A stretch of DNA of 64,000 nt from Rhizobiaceae bacterium (GCA_036478985.1 JAZGEY010000056.1:1675-65674); one strand, 5' to 3'. Positions 1-10,741 are shown, counted from the first letter of the stretch. The notes: generated by a model from the sequence alone, not told the origin. Program-made: numbers and translations.

Positions 1-1
1 A

Positions 2-292
2 ACTAAGGGCTTTATCAATGCTGTTGGTTCTTTGCTGCTTGGTATGACGCTTTGTTGGACAATTTTAGTTGTCAGCCTCGGTGGGAAAAGCGCGATTGTT
101 TATGGGACGGTTCGGAATTTTGAAATATCCCAATCGGGCTTCGGCCTTTATGTGAAATATTTGATGGCTTTGTTCTTGGTGGTTTTTGCGATCACCATGT
201 TGATTCAATTTGTGAGCTACTTGATGGAATCGGTTGCCGATTACCGTGAAGAAGAAGGCACACGGTTGAATCGCGAAGTCGCGATTGATTAG
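2..292 (+). CDS. TRAP transporter small permease DctQ (5'-truncated by window edge)
   Basis: Open frame from base 2; hydrophobic helices, E-x-S...G...Y-x-x-K DctQ-like C-terminal pattern; directly upstream of a DctM. Confidence 0.75.
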   Translation, partial: TKGFINAVGSLLLGMTLCWTILVVSLGGKSAIVYGTVRNFEISQSGFGLYVKYLMALFLVVFAITMLIQFVSYLMESVADYREEEGTRLNREVAID

Positions 293-311
293 AGAAATAG
301 GGCAGTAAAAA

Positions 312-2969
312 ATGGAACTCGTATTTCTCGGACTTTTGGTAATTCTCATGGCAACAGCCTTGGGCTCTGGATATCCAGTGGCCTTTGCTTTGCCTGGATC
401 AGCTATTCTCTCCATCGCAGCCGCCGCTCTTTGTGGTTGGTTATTTGCTGGTGATATGGATGCTTATTTTGCTCAGGGCGGGCCGGACCAATGGCTCTCG
501 GCGGGGGTGACAAACCTTCGAGGGGTTTATTGGGAGGTTGAGCGAGATACGTTGATTGCCATCCCGTTGTTCATCTTTATGGGCATCATGTTGCAACGTT
601 CTAAAATTGCTGAAGACTTGCTTTTGACAATGGCGCAATTGTTTGGCCCCGTGCCGGGCGGCCTCGGTGTCTCCGTGGTATTCGTTGGGGCGTTGTTGGC
701 CGCGACCACTGGTATTGTGGGCGCCACCGTTGTGGCAATGGGCTTGATCTCGTTGCCGGCGATGTTGCGCAACAACTATTCTAAATCATTGGCGACTGGC
801 ACGATCGCGGCGTCTGGTACGCTTGGGCAAATCATTCCGCCCTCTATTGTTCTTATTATTCTAGCAGACCAATTAGCGTCCGCTTCCGACCAAGCCTCAA
901 CAATGCGTAAGGCCCTGCACAAATCTGCAACGGGCGAATTGTCGATGCCATCACTTTATGATGTGACGGCAACGTCGGCTGGCGAGATGTTCTTGGGCGC
1001 TTTGATACCCGGCATTTTACTGGTTATTTTGTACATGTTGTACATTTTGATTTACGCATTTTTCCGCCCACAAGATGCTCCGCCAGTGCAGAGTGACGGC
1101 AAGTTGAACGGCGAGTTCTTCTTCAAGCTTGGTCTAGTTCTCGTTCCACCATTGGCGCTTATTTTTCTTGTTCTTGGCTCTATCATCACGGGTATAGCCA
1201 CGGTGAACCAAGCTGGTGCTATTGGTGCTGCTGGTGCTTTGCTGATGGCGAGTTACCGATTAACTGACGGTAAAAAAGGCTCATTCACGCCGGCATTATT
1301 AGCCATGGGCGCGCTGGTCACCATCGGCTTCGTTGTCTCCAACTTTAATACCAATATTAAAGCCATCAACAACTCATCGGACATGATGGGTGTAACAATT
1401 GCGCTGGCCGCAACAGCTGTGTTGGTCTTGGCCTTGGTTTGGAGTGCGTGGCGTTGTTATAAAATTGAGAACACGCTGCATGAGGTGATGATCGAAACGG
1501 CCAAGGCAACTTCTTTGGTGTTCATCATTCTTCTCGGTGCTGCGATGTTGACCGCCGCCTTCCGTGCCTTTGGTGGCGAAGAGCTGGTGAAGCATTTCCT
1601 TGAGGGAATTCCAGGTGGTTTCTGGGCTAAGTTCATTACCGTTATGGCCGTTATTTTTGTCCTTGGGTTCTTCTTGGACTTTATCGAAATTGCGGTTGTT
1701 GTGGTGCCAATTGTTGCGCCAATTTTGCTGGCTGATCCATCAGCAAATGTTACCGCAGTTTGGCTTGGCGTGATGATTGGTTTGAACATTCAAACCTCGT
1801 TCCTCACCCCGCCGTTTGGTTTTGCCCTATTCTATTTACGAGGGGTCGCGCCGGCGATTGTGAAAACAATCGATATGTACAAAGGTGTGATTGCGTTTAT
1901 TTGTTTGCAAATTGCGGCTCTAGTTATTGTCGCTAATTTCCCGCCGCTGGTGAACTATCTACCAAACCGTGTTTCGTTTTTGTCGGAAACTGCACCACCG
2001 CCGCGCAATCCACGTATTCAATATTGCATTGAAGAATACATTGGCCAAAGATTTGCTAATGATGGTGGGCAGTTGGCGAGTGCTGTAACTGCTGCGAAAG
2101 GCTTGGATGCAAGCTTCTTGCCTAAGTCGTTGGCCAATGATTTCCTCGGCAGTTTCAAGGGAATTGACGATGCTCAAAATCTGTTGAACAAAGCTAAAGT
2201 TGCTGAAGGAGCTATTGAGAAAGCCTCAGGTGCTTATCGTCCGACTCATTCGCGGGTGAGAGCGCTTGAACGTGATGCGCGGGTATTCGGCGGGAAAATC
2301 AAAGAGCTTGAAACGTTGGCTTCTCGATTGAGAGGCGATGATAATGCTGATGCTCTTGCCACTATGAAGGCGCAGATTGCAGTTCATGAAAAATCACGCG
2401 ATGCGCTGTTGGCACAAATTCCGGCAGGCTGGAAAGACATGCATACGACTTTCGCAAAGCTGACGAAGGAAGAAACTAAAATTCGCGCCCAATACCGTCG
2501 TGCAGCTGATGGTGCTTATCAAGGGGTGAATACTCTTTCAGCAACGCTGGCAGCAACGGCAGACTATAAAGCTCTTGGTGCAACATTTACTAGTTTGCGT
2601 GCTGAGATTACGAGCAAGGAGCCGAAGGATACATTCGCGCTTGTGGGCGCGTTCGCTAATAAATTTAGTGGACTCGAAGGGGCTTCAAAAATCAAATCAA
2701 TGCTCGGTAAAGTGCGCCGCGATTTGAAAAATAAGAAGCCGAAAAAAGATCGCGCCTTGAAAACTCTCGATAAAGCCGAGGCTCTTTATAAAGAGCAGCT
2801 TGGGTGGCGTGGGCAGGCAGAAGGTAAGTTTACCGAAGGTGTTGCGGCGTTTGAAAAAGCACTACGCCCAACAATTGGCCTTCGCCAACAATCCCGTATG
2901 ACTCGTGCGCAGGCGCTTTCAGTTGCGTCTTGCCAATCTGGTCACCGTGATGTTTCTTTGAACTTCTAA
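312..2969 (+). CDS. TRAP transporter large permease DctM with long C-terminal soluble extension
   Basis: AIPLFIFMG, GTLGQIIPPS and TSFLTPPFG DctM motifs; about 335 hydrophilic residues after the last TM helix. Confidence 0.9.
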   Translation: MELVFLGLLVILMATALGSGYPVAFALPGSAILSIAAAALCGWLFAGDMDAYFAQGGPDQWLSAGVTNLRGVYWEVERDTLIAIPLFIFMGIMLQRSKIAEDLLLTMAQLFGPVPGGLGVSVVFVGALLAATTGIVGATVVAMGLISLPAMLRNNYSKSLATGTIAASGTLGQIIPPSIVLIILADQLASASDQASTMRKALHKSATGELSMPSLYDVTATSAGEMFLGALIPGILLVILYMLYILIYAFFRPQDAPPVQSDGKLNGEFFFKLGLVLVPPLALIFLVLGSIITGIATVNQAGAIGAAGALLMASYRLTDGKKGSFTPALLAMGALVTIGFVVSNFNTNIKAINNSSDMMGVTIALAATAVLVLALVWSAWRCYKIENTLHEVMIETAKATSLVFIILLGAAMLTAAFRAFGGEELVKHFLEGIPGGFWAKFITVMAVIFVLGFFLDFIEIAVVVVPIVAPILLADPSANVTAVWLGVMIGLNIQTSFLTPPFGFALFYLRGVAPAIVKTIDMYKGVIAFICLQIAALVIVANFPPLVNYLPNRVSFLSETAPPPRNPRIQYCIEEYIGQRFANDGGQLASAVTAAKGLDASFLPKSLANDFLGSFKGIDDAQNLLNKAKVAEGAIEKASGAYRPTHSRVRALERDARVFGGKIKELETLASRLRGDDNADALATMKAQIAVHEKSRDALLAQIPAGWKDMHTTFAKLTKEETKIRAQYRRAADGAYQGVNTLSATLAATADYKALGATFTSLRAEITSKEPKDTFALVGAFANKFSGLEGASKIKSMLGKVRRDLKNKKPKKDRALKTLDKAEALYKEQLGWRGQAEGKFTEGVAAFEKALRPTIGLRQQSRMTRAQALSVASCQSGHRDVSLNF

Positions 2970-2994
2970 TAGGCAAATATTGCCATTTTATTTA

Positions 2995-3026
2995 ACGGGT
3001 TCCCAAATGACTGTTTGGGAACCCGT
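2995..3026. repeat. Perfect 13-bp inverted repeat (stem-loop) between the first dctM and the second dctQ
   Basis: ACGGGTTCCCAAA-TGACTG-TTTGGGAACCCGT; no clear U-tract, so an mRNA-stability hairpin or weak terminator. Confidence 0.7.
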
Positions 3027-3043
3027 GATGCGTTTTGCCGCAG

Positions 3044-3526
3044 ATGCTGTATAGGTTTGCAATGGCTTATTATCTTATTATACGGGTTGGGAAAATTTGC
3101 GGCTGGATGCTGATGGCGTTGGTGATTGTGCAATTCAGCGTTGTATTGGCGCGCTACGTTTTTGGCATCAATTATCTGTGGGCGCAGGAGGCTGCGATTT
3201 ATCTCCATGGCGCTATTTTCATGCTTGCCAGTGGGTGGGCGCTTTTGACGGATAGGCATGTGCGGATAGATTTATTTTCGAGCAGGTTCAGCCCAACCAA
3301 ACGACGGGCACTGGATATGTTTGGCGCGGTTTTCTTATTGCTACCGATGATGGCGGCGATTGTTATCACGTCTCTTGGGTATGTTAGCGAGAGCTGGATA
3401 ATCTTGGAAGGTTCACCAGAGGTCTCAGGGCTTGGCGGACGTTATCTGTTTAAAACCCTCGTTCCACTATTTGCAGTACTCATGGTTGTTGCAGGTATCA
3501 CAAAGATTGTGCGCGGCTGTGAGTGA
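3044..3526 (+). CDS. TRAP transporter small permease DctQ
   Basis: 4 TM segments, RYVFG, HVRIDL, E-G-S-P-E-x-x-G-L motifs; start uncertain (3035/3044/3062). Confidence 0.85.
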   Translation: MLYRFAMAYYLIIRVGKICGWMLMALVIVQFSVVLARYVFGINYLWAQEAAIYLHGAIFMLASGWALLTDRHVRIDLFSSRFSPTKRRALDMFGAVFLLLPMMAAIVITSLGYVSESWIILEGSPEVSGLGGRYLFKTLVPLFAVLMVVAGITKIVRGCE

Positions 3527-4889
3527 ATACCTCGATGTCATTTTTCTAGTTGTAATTCTCTTGGCGCTGTTGCTGGGGTATCCCGTGGCAATAACGCTTG
3601 GTGGCGTTTCCGTTTTATTTGGCTTGTTTGGATGGGCAATTGGGGTGTTTGACCCTGTTTTGTTTTATGCTCTACCTTCGCGGTTGTTTGGTATCATGAC
3701 CAACAGCGTGTTGGTGGCTATTCCGCTTTTTGTATTTATGGGGTTGGTGCTTGAGCGCTCACGGTTGGCTGAAAATATGGTGCAGGCAGCGGCCCATTTG
3801 TTCCAGAATAAACGGGGTGGTTTGGCAATTTCCGTTACCATCGTTGGTATGCTTATGGCGGCTTCAACGGGGATCGTCGGGGCGAGTGTTGTTACTCTTG
3901 GGTTGCTGGCGTTGCCGACGCTTTTGAACAATGGGGTGAGACCTTCTTTGGCTGGTGGTACGGTGGCGGCCGCTGGAACCTTGGGGCAAATCATTCCCCC
4001 CTCAATTGTGCTGATCGTGCTTGGGGATCAGATGTCTAATGCCTATCAACAGATGCAGACCAAGGCAGGAAATTTTGCGCCTGACACGGTTTCCGTCTCC
4101 GATCTTTTCGCAGGAGCTTTGTTGCCTGGGCTTATTTTGGTTGCGTTGTTCGTTGCCTATCTTTGGTTTGTTTCAAAGCCTGTGGATGGTAATGCGCAGG
4201 CGGTAGAAAAACCTGAAGGTGAGATTTGGCGCAGTTTTCTTCCACCGCTCCTGCTTATTGTTGCCGTTCCAGGTTCAATCCTTGCAGGTGTTGCAACCCC
4301 ATCAGAGGCGGCGGCGGTTGGTGCTGTTGGCGCGCTACTGTTGGCTTGGGGTAAGCTGGACTTTGAAAAATTCAAATCAGTATTAGAAGAAAGTACGCAC
4401 CTTATCTCGATGATATTTCTCATCGTTATCGGAGCTTCAATATTCTCTTTGGTTTTTCGTGGGCTGGGTGGAGAGGAGACGGTGGTTTCGTTTCTTTCGG
4501 ATTTACCTGGTGGAACCTATGGTGCGTTACTGATTGTGATGTTGGTTATCTTTGTGCTTGGGTTCTTTTTAGATTTTTTGGAAATCACATTTGTAGTCGT
4601 TCCGCTGGTAGCGCCTGTGCTACTGGCTTTGCCGATGGCGGATGGTACGGCTATGAGCCCTGTATGGTTGGGGGTGTTGATTGCGCTTAATTTGCAAACT
4701 TCATTTCTCACCCCACCTTTTGGGTTATCGTTGTTCTATTTACGCAGTGTGGCTCCAACTTCGGTGACGACGCTTGCCCTTTATCGCGGGATTGTGCCGT
4801 TTGTTGTTTTGCAGTTGATTGCACTTGGCGTTGTTATATCAATACCCAAGCTTGCAACATTTCTTCCCCAATTTCTGTATGGTCAATGA
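3519..4889 (+). CDS. TRAP transporter large permease DctM
   Basis: AIPLFVFMG, GTLGQIIPPS, TSFLTPPFG; GTG start at 3519 overlapping the dctQ end is more plausible than 3432. Confidence 0.9.
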   Translation: MSEYLDVIFLVVILLALLLGYPVAITLGGVSVLFGLFGWAIGVFDPVLFYALPSRLFGIMTNSVLVAIPLFVFMGLVLERSRLAENMVQAAAHLFQNKRGGLAISVTIVGMLMAASTGIVGASVVTLGLLALPTLLNNGVRPSLAGGTVAAAGTLGQIIPPSIVLIVLGDQMSNAYQQMQTKAGNFAPDTVSVSDLFAGALLPGLILVALFVAYLWFVSKPVDGNAQAVEKPEGEIWRSFLPPLLLIVAVPGSILAGVATPSEAAAVGAVGALLLAWGKLDFEKFKSVLEESTHLISMIFLIVIGASIFSLVFRGLGGEETVVSFLSDLPGGTYGALLIVMLVIFVLGFFLDFLEITFVVVPLVAPVLLALPMADGTAMSPVWLGVLIALNLQTSFLTPPFGLSLFYLRSVAPTSVTTLALYRGIVPFVVLQLIALGVVISIPKLATFLPQFLYGQ

Positions 4890-5071
4890 TGCAAGCACGA
4901 AATACGGGTAACAGAGCAATTGGACGCGGTAATCGCTTTTGCTTTGTAATAATTGCGTAATAATCTTGCAAATATAGAAGATTGGCAGTGAATTGCATTG
5001 CCTAAGCTCAAACGCTTTGAGACACTCATTGCAATCAAATCAGAACACACCTTGTTCTAGGAGCGAACGTC

Positions 5072-8000
5072 ATGGCCGTTGAAACTGGAAATGTTAGAAA
5101 AGGTAAATCGAAACTGCCTAAGCTCAAGGCTGTGCATCTTGATGATAAATACGATCTTGATAAAGAGCAGGTTTTTATCACTGGCAACCAAGCCATACTA
5201 CGTATGACGCTGTTACAAAAAGAGCGGGACCGTAGGGTGGGGCTGAACACCGGTGGTTATATTTCTGGCTATCGTGGTTCTCCAATTGGTGGTTTGGATC
5301 TAACACTTTGGAAGGAGCTACCGCTTCTTAAGGCTAACGATATTGTTTTTGAACCGGGACTAAATGAAGATCTTGCCGCAACAGCGTTATGGGGAACGCA
5401 ACAGGCTGAAATGCGTGGTGAGGGTAAGTTTGATGGGGTCTTTGGAATTTGGTACGGTAAAGGGCCTGGGGTTGATCGCTCTGGTGATGTTTTTCGTCAC
5501 GCGAATTTAGCGGGCACATCAAAATTTGGCGGTGTTTTGGCATTGATGGGGGATGACCATACTGCGGAGTCTTCTACCACAGCACACCAATCTGAATTTC
5601 ACCTCCTGGATTTGAAATTTCCAATTTTATCTCCTGCAGGTGTTCAGGAACTCTTGGATTATGGCGTATTTGGTTACGGCCTATCGCGCTATGCGGGAGT
5701 TTGGGTTGGGGTGAAGTGCGTGAAAGACACGATTGAATCTACCGCTGTTGTTGATGGGCGTGTTGATAGAATGAAATTAGTGGAGCCGAAAAAAGACAGG
5801 CGGCCAAAAGATGGATTGAATATCCGTACCAGTGATCCGATCTTAACACAGGAAGAAAGACTGCACGTTTATAAACGCGATGCCGTTGAAGATTATATTG
5901 CTGTGAACCACATAAATCAGACAATTCTGGCAGGCGGAAAGAAACCTAAAGTTGGGGTTATCACGGCTGGTAAGAGTTACCTTGATGTGCGCCAAGCGAT
6001 GGATGATTTAGGCATTGATGAAGCGCGGGCTGCAAAGCTTGGGTTGCGACTACGAAAACTTGGTTGCGTGTGGCCATTGAGCACAAAAGAAATACGCGAT
6101 TTCGCCAAAGGTCTCGATATGATTATCGTGGTGGAAGAGAAACGTTCGTTGATTGAAGTGCAGGTTTTAGAAGAGCTCTATGGGACCAAAAATCAGCCAA
6201 TCGTGGTTGGTAAAAATGATGAAAAAGGCGAGTGGTTGTTCCCAATTCATGGCGCCTTGGATTCGAACCAAATTGCGATTGCTATTGGTGAGCGGTTAAA
6301 CCGCTACACCAAAGATCGTAAACTTGGGGCGCGGGTGAAACATCTCAAAGAGGCGCAAGCGACACTGAAAGTGACTGAAGGGATTGCCATGCGTATCCCT
6401 TATTTTTGTGCAGGTTGTCCGCATAATTCATCGACTCATGTGCCTGATGGAAGCCGCGCTTACGCAGGTATTGGCTGTCACTACATGGTCCAATGGATGG
6501 ATCGTGAAACTGAAGGTTACACCCAAATGGGTGGCGAGGGTGCAAACTGGGTTGGGGAGCACCATTTTTCTAAACGTGGACACGTGTTCCAAAATTTGGG
6601 CGATGGAACTTACAATCATTCTGGCTATCTTGCTATCCGAGCAGCGGCGGCTTCAAAGGCAAATATTACCTATAAGATTTTGTTTAACGATGCCGTTGCA
6701 ATGACAGGTGGGCAGCCAAACGAGGGGGAGCTAACCCCTTGGATAATCGCGGCTCAAGTTGCGGCGGAAGGTGCAAACCGCATTGTCGTTGTTAGCGATG
6801 AACCCGACAAATATGCTGGGAATATCAGTTGGCCATTGGGCACGACATTCCATCATCGTTCTGAGTTAAATGCGGTGCAACAGGAGTTGGCTGATATCGA
6901 AGGTTTGAGCGTGATGATCTATGATCAAACTTGCGCCAGCGAGAAACGCCGCCGTCGCAAACGTGGCCTGTTTCCCGATCCAGACAAGCGGATATTTATC
7001 AATGAGCAAGTTTGCGAAGGCTGTGGTGATTGCGGCGTGCAGTCAAACTGTGTTGCAGTTGGTGCAGTAGAGACAGAATTTGGCCGTAAGAGGCAGATTG
7101 ATCAAGGTTCATGCAATAAAGACTACTCTTGTATAAATGGGTTTTGCCCAAGTTTTGTAACAGTCCACGGTGGCGTTCTGAAAAAGGGGCAGGGGGTTGT
7201 GGAGAGCATGGGCTATCCAGAATTACCAGAACCGCTACTGCCTGAGCTCGACGGCTCCTACGGAGTGATTGTAACAGGTGTTGGCGGCACGGGGGTTGTA
7301 ACCGTAGGCGCAATTTTGGGTATGGCTGCACACCTTGAAGGCAAGGGCACAGCAATTATTGATATGGCTGGATTGGCGCAAAAAGGCGGCGAGGTTGCTA
7401 GCCACTTGCGTATTGCAAAGTCACCTGACGATATTAAAAGCATCCGCATTGCAGCATCCGGCGCGGATTTAATTTTGGGTTGTGATATGGTGACGGCCTC
7501 CACTCAAAAAGTGCTAGGCTCAATCGAGCAAGGACGTACGCGGGTTGTCTTGAACACCCATGAAAAACTGTCTGGCGAGTTTACTCACAATGTTGATTTT
7601 TCATTCCCAACCTTGCGCATAATTAAGGCCTTACAAAAAGCCGCAGGGCAGGGAGCTACCACAACAATTGATGCTCAAAAAATGGCTATTTCTTTGTTGG
7701 GAGACGCTATTGGCGCGAATATGTTTATGGTTGGGTTCTCGTGGCAAAATGGCGGGTTGCCGATCTCACGGGAGGCTATTGTAAAGGCCATCGAAATGAA
7801 TGGTGTGCAAATTCCTATGAATTTGGCAGCGTTTGAATGGGGGCGCGTGGCTGCCCATGATGTTAGCCTTTTGCCAATTCGCGAAACGAAAGAGAATGCC
7901 TTACTCGAACATCAAACCTTGTCTGAAAATCTTGGTGACATAATCGAGCGGCGCGTTAAACAACTAACGGAATATAAAAACGCTGCATACGCAAAACGCT

Positions 8001-8587
8001 TTGCAAATCGCCTCGAGCTTATTCAAGCAGCTGAAGCCAGGGCAGGGCGAGGCTCAAAGCTGAGCGAAGTGGTGGCGCGTAATCTCTATAAATTGATGGC
8101 GATTAAAGATGAGTATGAAGTGGCGCGGCTGTTTTCAAACGGCAGTTTTAAGGAGCAATTGGCGAGCCAATTCGAAAGCTATAAAAGCCTCGAGTTTCAT
8201 CTAGCGCCGCCCTTACTTTCTAAGCGTAACGACAAGGGTGAACTTCAGAAAAAAGCTTATGGGCCGTGGATGATGAAAGCTTATGGCCTGTTGACAAAAA
8301 TGCGGTTCTTGCGTGGTGGTATCTTTGACATTTTTGGCTACACCGCAGAACGGAAGATGGAACACAAATTGCTTGCCGACTATGAAATAGTGCTGGATGA
8401 AATTTTAGCAGAGCTCTCTAGCGGTAATTTGAAAGCGGCAATTAAGTTGGCTGATTATCCCGATCTCATTCGAGGTTATGGTCACGTGAAGGAGCGTAAT
8501 GTTGCCAAGGCTAAGGATGCACGCATGAGCCTGCGAGCTGGATTCAAAAATGTCGGGGGGCTTGCAGCACTAGCAGCGGCTGAATAA
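5072..8587 (+). CDS. Indolepyruvate ferredoxin oxidoreductase family protein (fused alpha/beta)
   Basis: SGYRGSP, CAGCPHN, TPP-binding GDGT..N, ferredoxin CEGCGDC, GVGGTG and GLAQKGG motifs; 1171 aa. Confidence 0.93.
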   Translation: MAVETGNVRKGKSKLPKLKAVHLDDKYDLDKEQVFITGNQAILRMTLLQKERDRRVGLNTGGYISGYRGSPIGGLDLTLWKELPLLKANDIVFEPGLNEDLAATALWGTQQAEMRGEGKFDGVFGIWYGKGPGVDRSGDVFRHANLAGTSKFGGVLALMGDDHTAESSTTAHQSEFHLLDLKFPILSPAGVQELLDYGVFGYGLSRYAGVWVGVKCVKDTIESTAVVDGRVDRMKLVEPKKDRRPKDGLNIRTSDPILTQEERLHVYKRDAVEDYIAVNHINQTILAGGKKPKVGVITAGKSYLDVRQAMDDLGIDEARAAKLGLRLRKLGCVWPLSTKEIRDFAKGLDMIIVVEEKRSLIEVQVLEELYGTKNQPIVVGKNDEKGEWLFPIHGALDSNQIAIAIGERLNRYTKDRKLGARVKHLKEAQATLKVTEGIAMRIPYFCAGCPHNSSTHVPDGSRAYAGIGCHYMVQWMDRETEGYTQMGGEGANWVGEHHFSKRGHVFQNLGDGTYNHSGYLAIRAAAASKANITYKILFNDAVAMTGGQPNEGELTPWIIAAQVAAEGANRIVVVSDEPDKYAGNISWPLGTTFHHRSELNAVQQELADIEGLSVMIYDQTCASEKRRRRKRGLFPDPDKRIFINEQVCEGCGDCGVQSNCVAVGAVETEFGRKRQIDQGSCNKDYSCINGFCPSFVTVHGGVLKKGQGVVESMGYPELPEPLLPELDGSYGVIVTGVGGTGVVTVGAILGMAAHLEGKGTAIIDMAGLAQKGGEVASHLRIAKSPDDIKSIRIAASGADLILGCDMVTASTQKVLGSIEQGRTRVVLNTHEKLSGEFTHNVDFSFPTLRIIKALQKAAGQGATTTIDAQKMAISLLGDAIGANMFMVGFSWQNGGLPISREAIVKAIEMNGVQIPMNLAAFEWGRVAAHDVSLLPIRETKENALLEHQTLSENLGDIIERRVKQLTEYKNAAYAKRFANRLELIQAAEARAGRGSKLSEVVARNLYKLMAIKDEYEVARLFSNGSFKEQLASQFESYKSLEFHLAPPLLSKRNDKGELQKKAYGPWMMKAYGLLTKMRFLRGGIFDIFGYTAERKMEHKLLADYEIVLDEILAELSSGNLKAAIKLADYPDLIRGYGHVKERNVAKAKDARMSLRAGFKNVGGLAALAAAE

Positions 8588-8659
8588 TTCTTCTTAGGTG
8601 GGTTGATTGCCAGTAAAAGTAGTGGTGAACTTATTTTGCGGATAAGCCAAAAGACTCAC

Positions 8660-8688
8660 TTGCCATTTTGTCTAATTCGTTTGAGACT
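8660..8688 (+). promoter_or_regulatory. Putative sigma70 promoter of the acyl-CoA ligase/ABC operon
   Basis: TTGCCA-N17-GAGACT upstream of 8780; followed by a 9-bp inverted repeat GTTACAGAA/TTCTGTAAC (8690-8726). Confidence 0.35.
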
Positions 8689-8779
8689 AGTTACAGAAGA
8701 CGGGCTTGTTTCGATAATTCTGTAACATGTTGGGTAGCTGGAAAGTTACCCTTTGGGCGTTTGGGAGGACGTTGTATTA

Positions 8780-10741
8780 ATGTCGAATACTAACAATGAA
8801 CTTGATACATTCCCCAAATATCTGCTGCGCAATGCTAAGGTTTTTTCTGCGCGCCCAGCCATGCGTCACAAAGATTTCGGCATATGGCAAACTTGGACTT
8901 GGGCAGAGATGTTCGAGGAAATTCGCAGTTTCTCACTTGGCCTAAAAGAAATTGGCTTAAAAAAAGGCGATAAGGTCGCCGTTGTGGGATCAAACCGCCC
9001 GCGTCTTTATTGGACCTTTGCTGCGGTGCAAGCTTTAGCTGGTGTGCCTATTCCCGTTTATTCTGACAGTGTGGCGGAGGAGATGGTTTACGTTTTGCAA
9101 CATGCCGAAGTTCGCTTTGCTGTTGCTCAAGACCAAGAGCAGGTGGACAAACTTCTCTCAATTAAAGATCAGCTACCAAAGCTTGAATATATTATTTACG
9201 ATTGGGAGCGCGGTCTTGGGGACTACGAAGAGCCCTTCTTGTACTCGGTCATAGATTTGCAAAGCAGGGGGCGGGCGGCTTTAGCTACGGGGGAAGCAAA
9301 TTGGCTTGCGGGTATCGAAGCAACCAAAGGGAAAGACCTTTCGGTCATGCTTTATACGTCTGGTACAACGGGTAAGCCAAAAGGCGTGATGCTGTCCTAC
9401 GATAATTTAGTTATCTCTTCGAGAAATGCCAATACGTTCGACAACTTTGATGAGCATGATGAGATTATTGCCTACCTGCCTTTAGCATGGGTGGGAGATC
9501 ATATTTTCTCCTACGGCCAATCAATGACGGCAGGATATTGTGTTTGCTGTCCAGAGAGTCCTGAAACTGTAACTGATAATCGCCGCGAAATTGCGCCGAC
9601 ATATTTCTTTGCGCCCCCGCGTGTTTTTGAGGGATTGCTGACGGACATCACAGTGCGGATGGAAGATGCGAGCCCGTTGAAGCAAAAAATGTTCAAGTAC
9701 TATCTTGAGGTTGCTAATAAAGTTGGCGAGCGGATTTTGAATGGCGAAAGCGTCTCATTCATTGAGCGCATCAATTATAAGCTTGGCGAATTTTTGGTCT
9801 ATGGGCCGTTGAAAAACCGCCTTGGCATGACTCGCATGAAGGTTGGTTATACAGCGGGAGAAGCAATTGGACCGGAGATTTTCCGCTTCTACCGCGCGCT
9901 TGGAATGAACTTAAAACAGCTATACGGCCAAACGGAAGCCAGTGTTTACATTACGGCACAACCTGACGGTGAAATTTCTGCGGATACGGTGGGAACGCCT
10001 TCAATTGATGTGGAAATTGATATCGCTGACAACGGCGAAGTCATGTACCGCTCTCCTGGCGTTTTCATGGGTTACTATAAAAATAAAAAGGCCACCCAAG
10101 AGACCAAAACCAAAGATGGCTGGGTTCACACTGGTGATGCAGGGTTTATTGATGCTGATGGCCATTTGCGGATTATCGACAGGGCAAAGGATGTTGGTAA
10201 ACTAACCAATGGCTCTATGTTCCCGCCGAAATATATCGAGAACAAATTGAAGTTCTTCCCGAACATCAAAGAAGCTGTGGCGATCGGCGATGGCCGCGAC
10301 TATACGGCAGTGATGCTGAATATTGATTTGCAACCGGTGGCAAACTGGGCTGAGCGTAATAATATTGCTTATGGGTCCTACCAAGAATTAGCCAATCATC
10401 CGTTGGTTTACGACATGATGAGTGAACATGTTGATCAGGTGAATAAAGACTTGGCTGCTGAGGAGCGAGTTGCAGGTGCGCAGATTTCACGCTTCCTCGT
10501 TTTGCACAAGGAATTGGATGCCGATGATGGGGAGCTCACCCGCACTCAAAAAGTGCGGCGGTCGTTTATCAACGAGCGTTACGCGCCACTGATTGAGGCT
10601 CTCTATGATGGTTCTGAAGAAAAATATGTTGAGACGGAAGTGGTGTTTGAAGATGGTCGTAAGGGCAGTATTTCTGCGACTGTAAAAATCCGCGACGCTG
10701 TTACCCACGCTCCTAGCTCGATGAAAGAGGCTGCGCAATGA
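8780..10741 (+). CDS. Long-chain fatty-acid--CoA ligase (AMP-binding protein)
   Basis: YTSGTTGKPKG, YGQTE, HTGDAG, IIDRAKD motifs; ATG 8780 preceded by GGAGG. Confidence 0.92.
   Translation: MSNTNNELDTFPKYLLRNAKVFSARPAMRHKDFGIWQTWTWAEMFEEIRSFSLGLKEIGLKKGDKVAVVGSNRPRLYWTFAAVQALAGVPIPVYSDSVAEEMVYVLQHAEVRFAVAQDQEQVDKLLSIKDQLPKLEYIIYDWERGLGDYEEPFLYSVIDLQSRGRAALATGEANWLAGIEATKGKDLSVMLYTSGTTGKPKGVMLSYDNLVISSRNANTFDNFDEHDEIIAYLPLAWVGDHIFSYGQSMTAGYCVCCPESPETVTDNRREIAPTYFFAPPRVFEGLLTDITVRMEDASPLKQKMFKYYLEVANKVGERILNGESVSFIERINYKLGEFLVYGPLKNRLGMTRMKVGYTAGEAIGPEIFRFYRALGMNLKQLYGQTEASVYITAQPDGEISADTVGTPSIDVEIDIADNGEVMYRSPGVFMGYYKNKKATQETKTKDGWVHTGDAGFIDADGHLRIIDRAKDVGKLTNGSMFPPKYIENKLKFFPNIKEAVAIGDGRDYTAVMLNIDLQPVANWAERNNIAYGSYQELANHPLVYDMMSEHVDQVNKDLAAEERVAGAQISRFLVLHKELDADDGELTRTQKVRRSFINERYAPLIEALYDGSEEKYVETEVVFEDGRKGSISATVKIRDAVTHAPSSMKEAAQ

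Noticed and set aside
4999-5127. 13-bp direct repeat TGCCTAAGCTCAA at 4999-5011 and 5115-5127
   Set aside because: Only two copies, one inside coding sequence; compatible with chance in 64 kb; not an array or an att site
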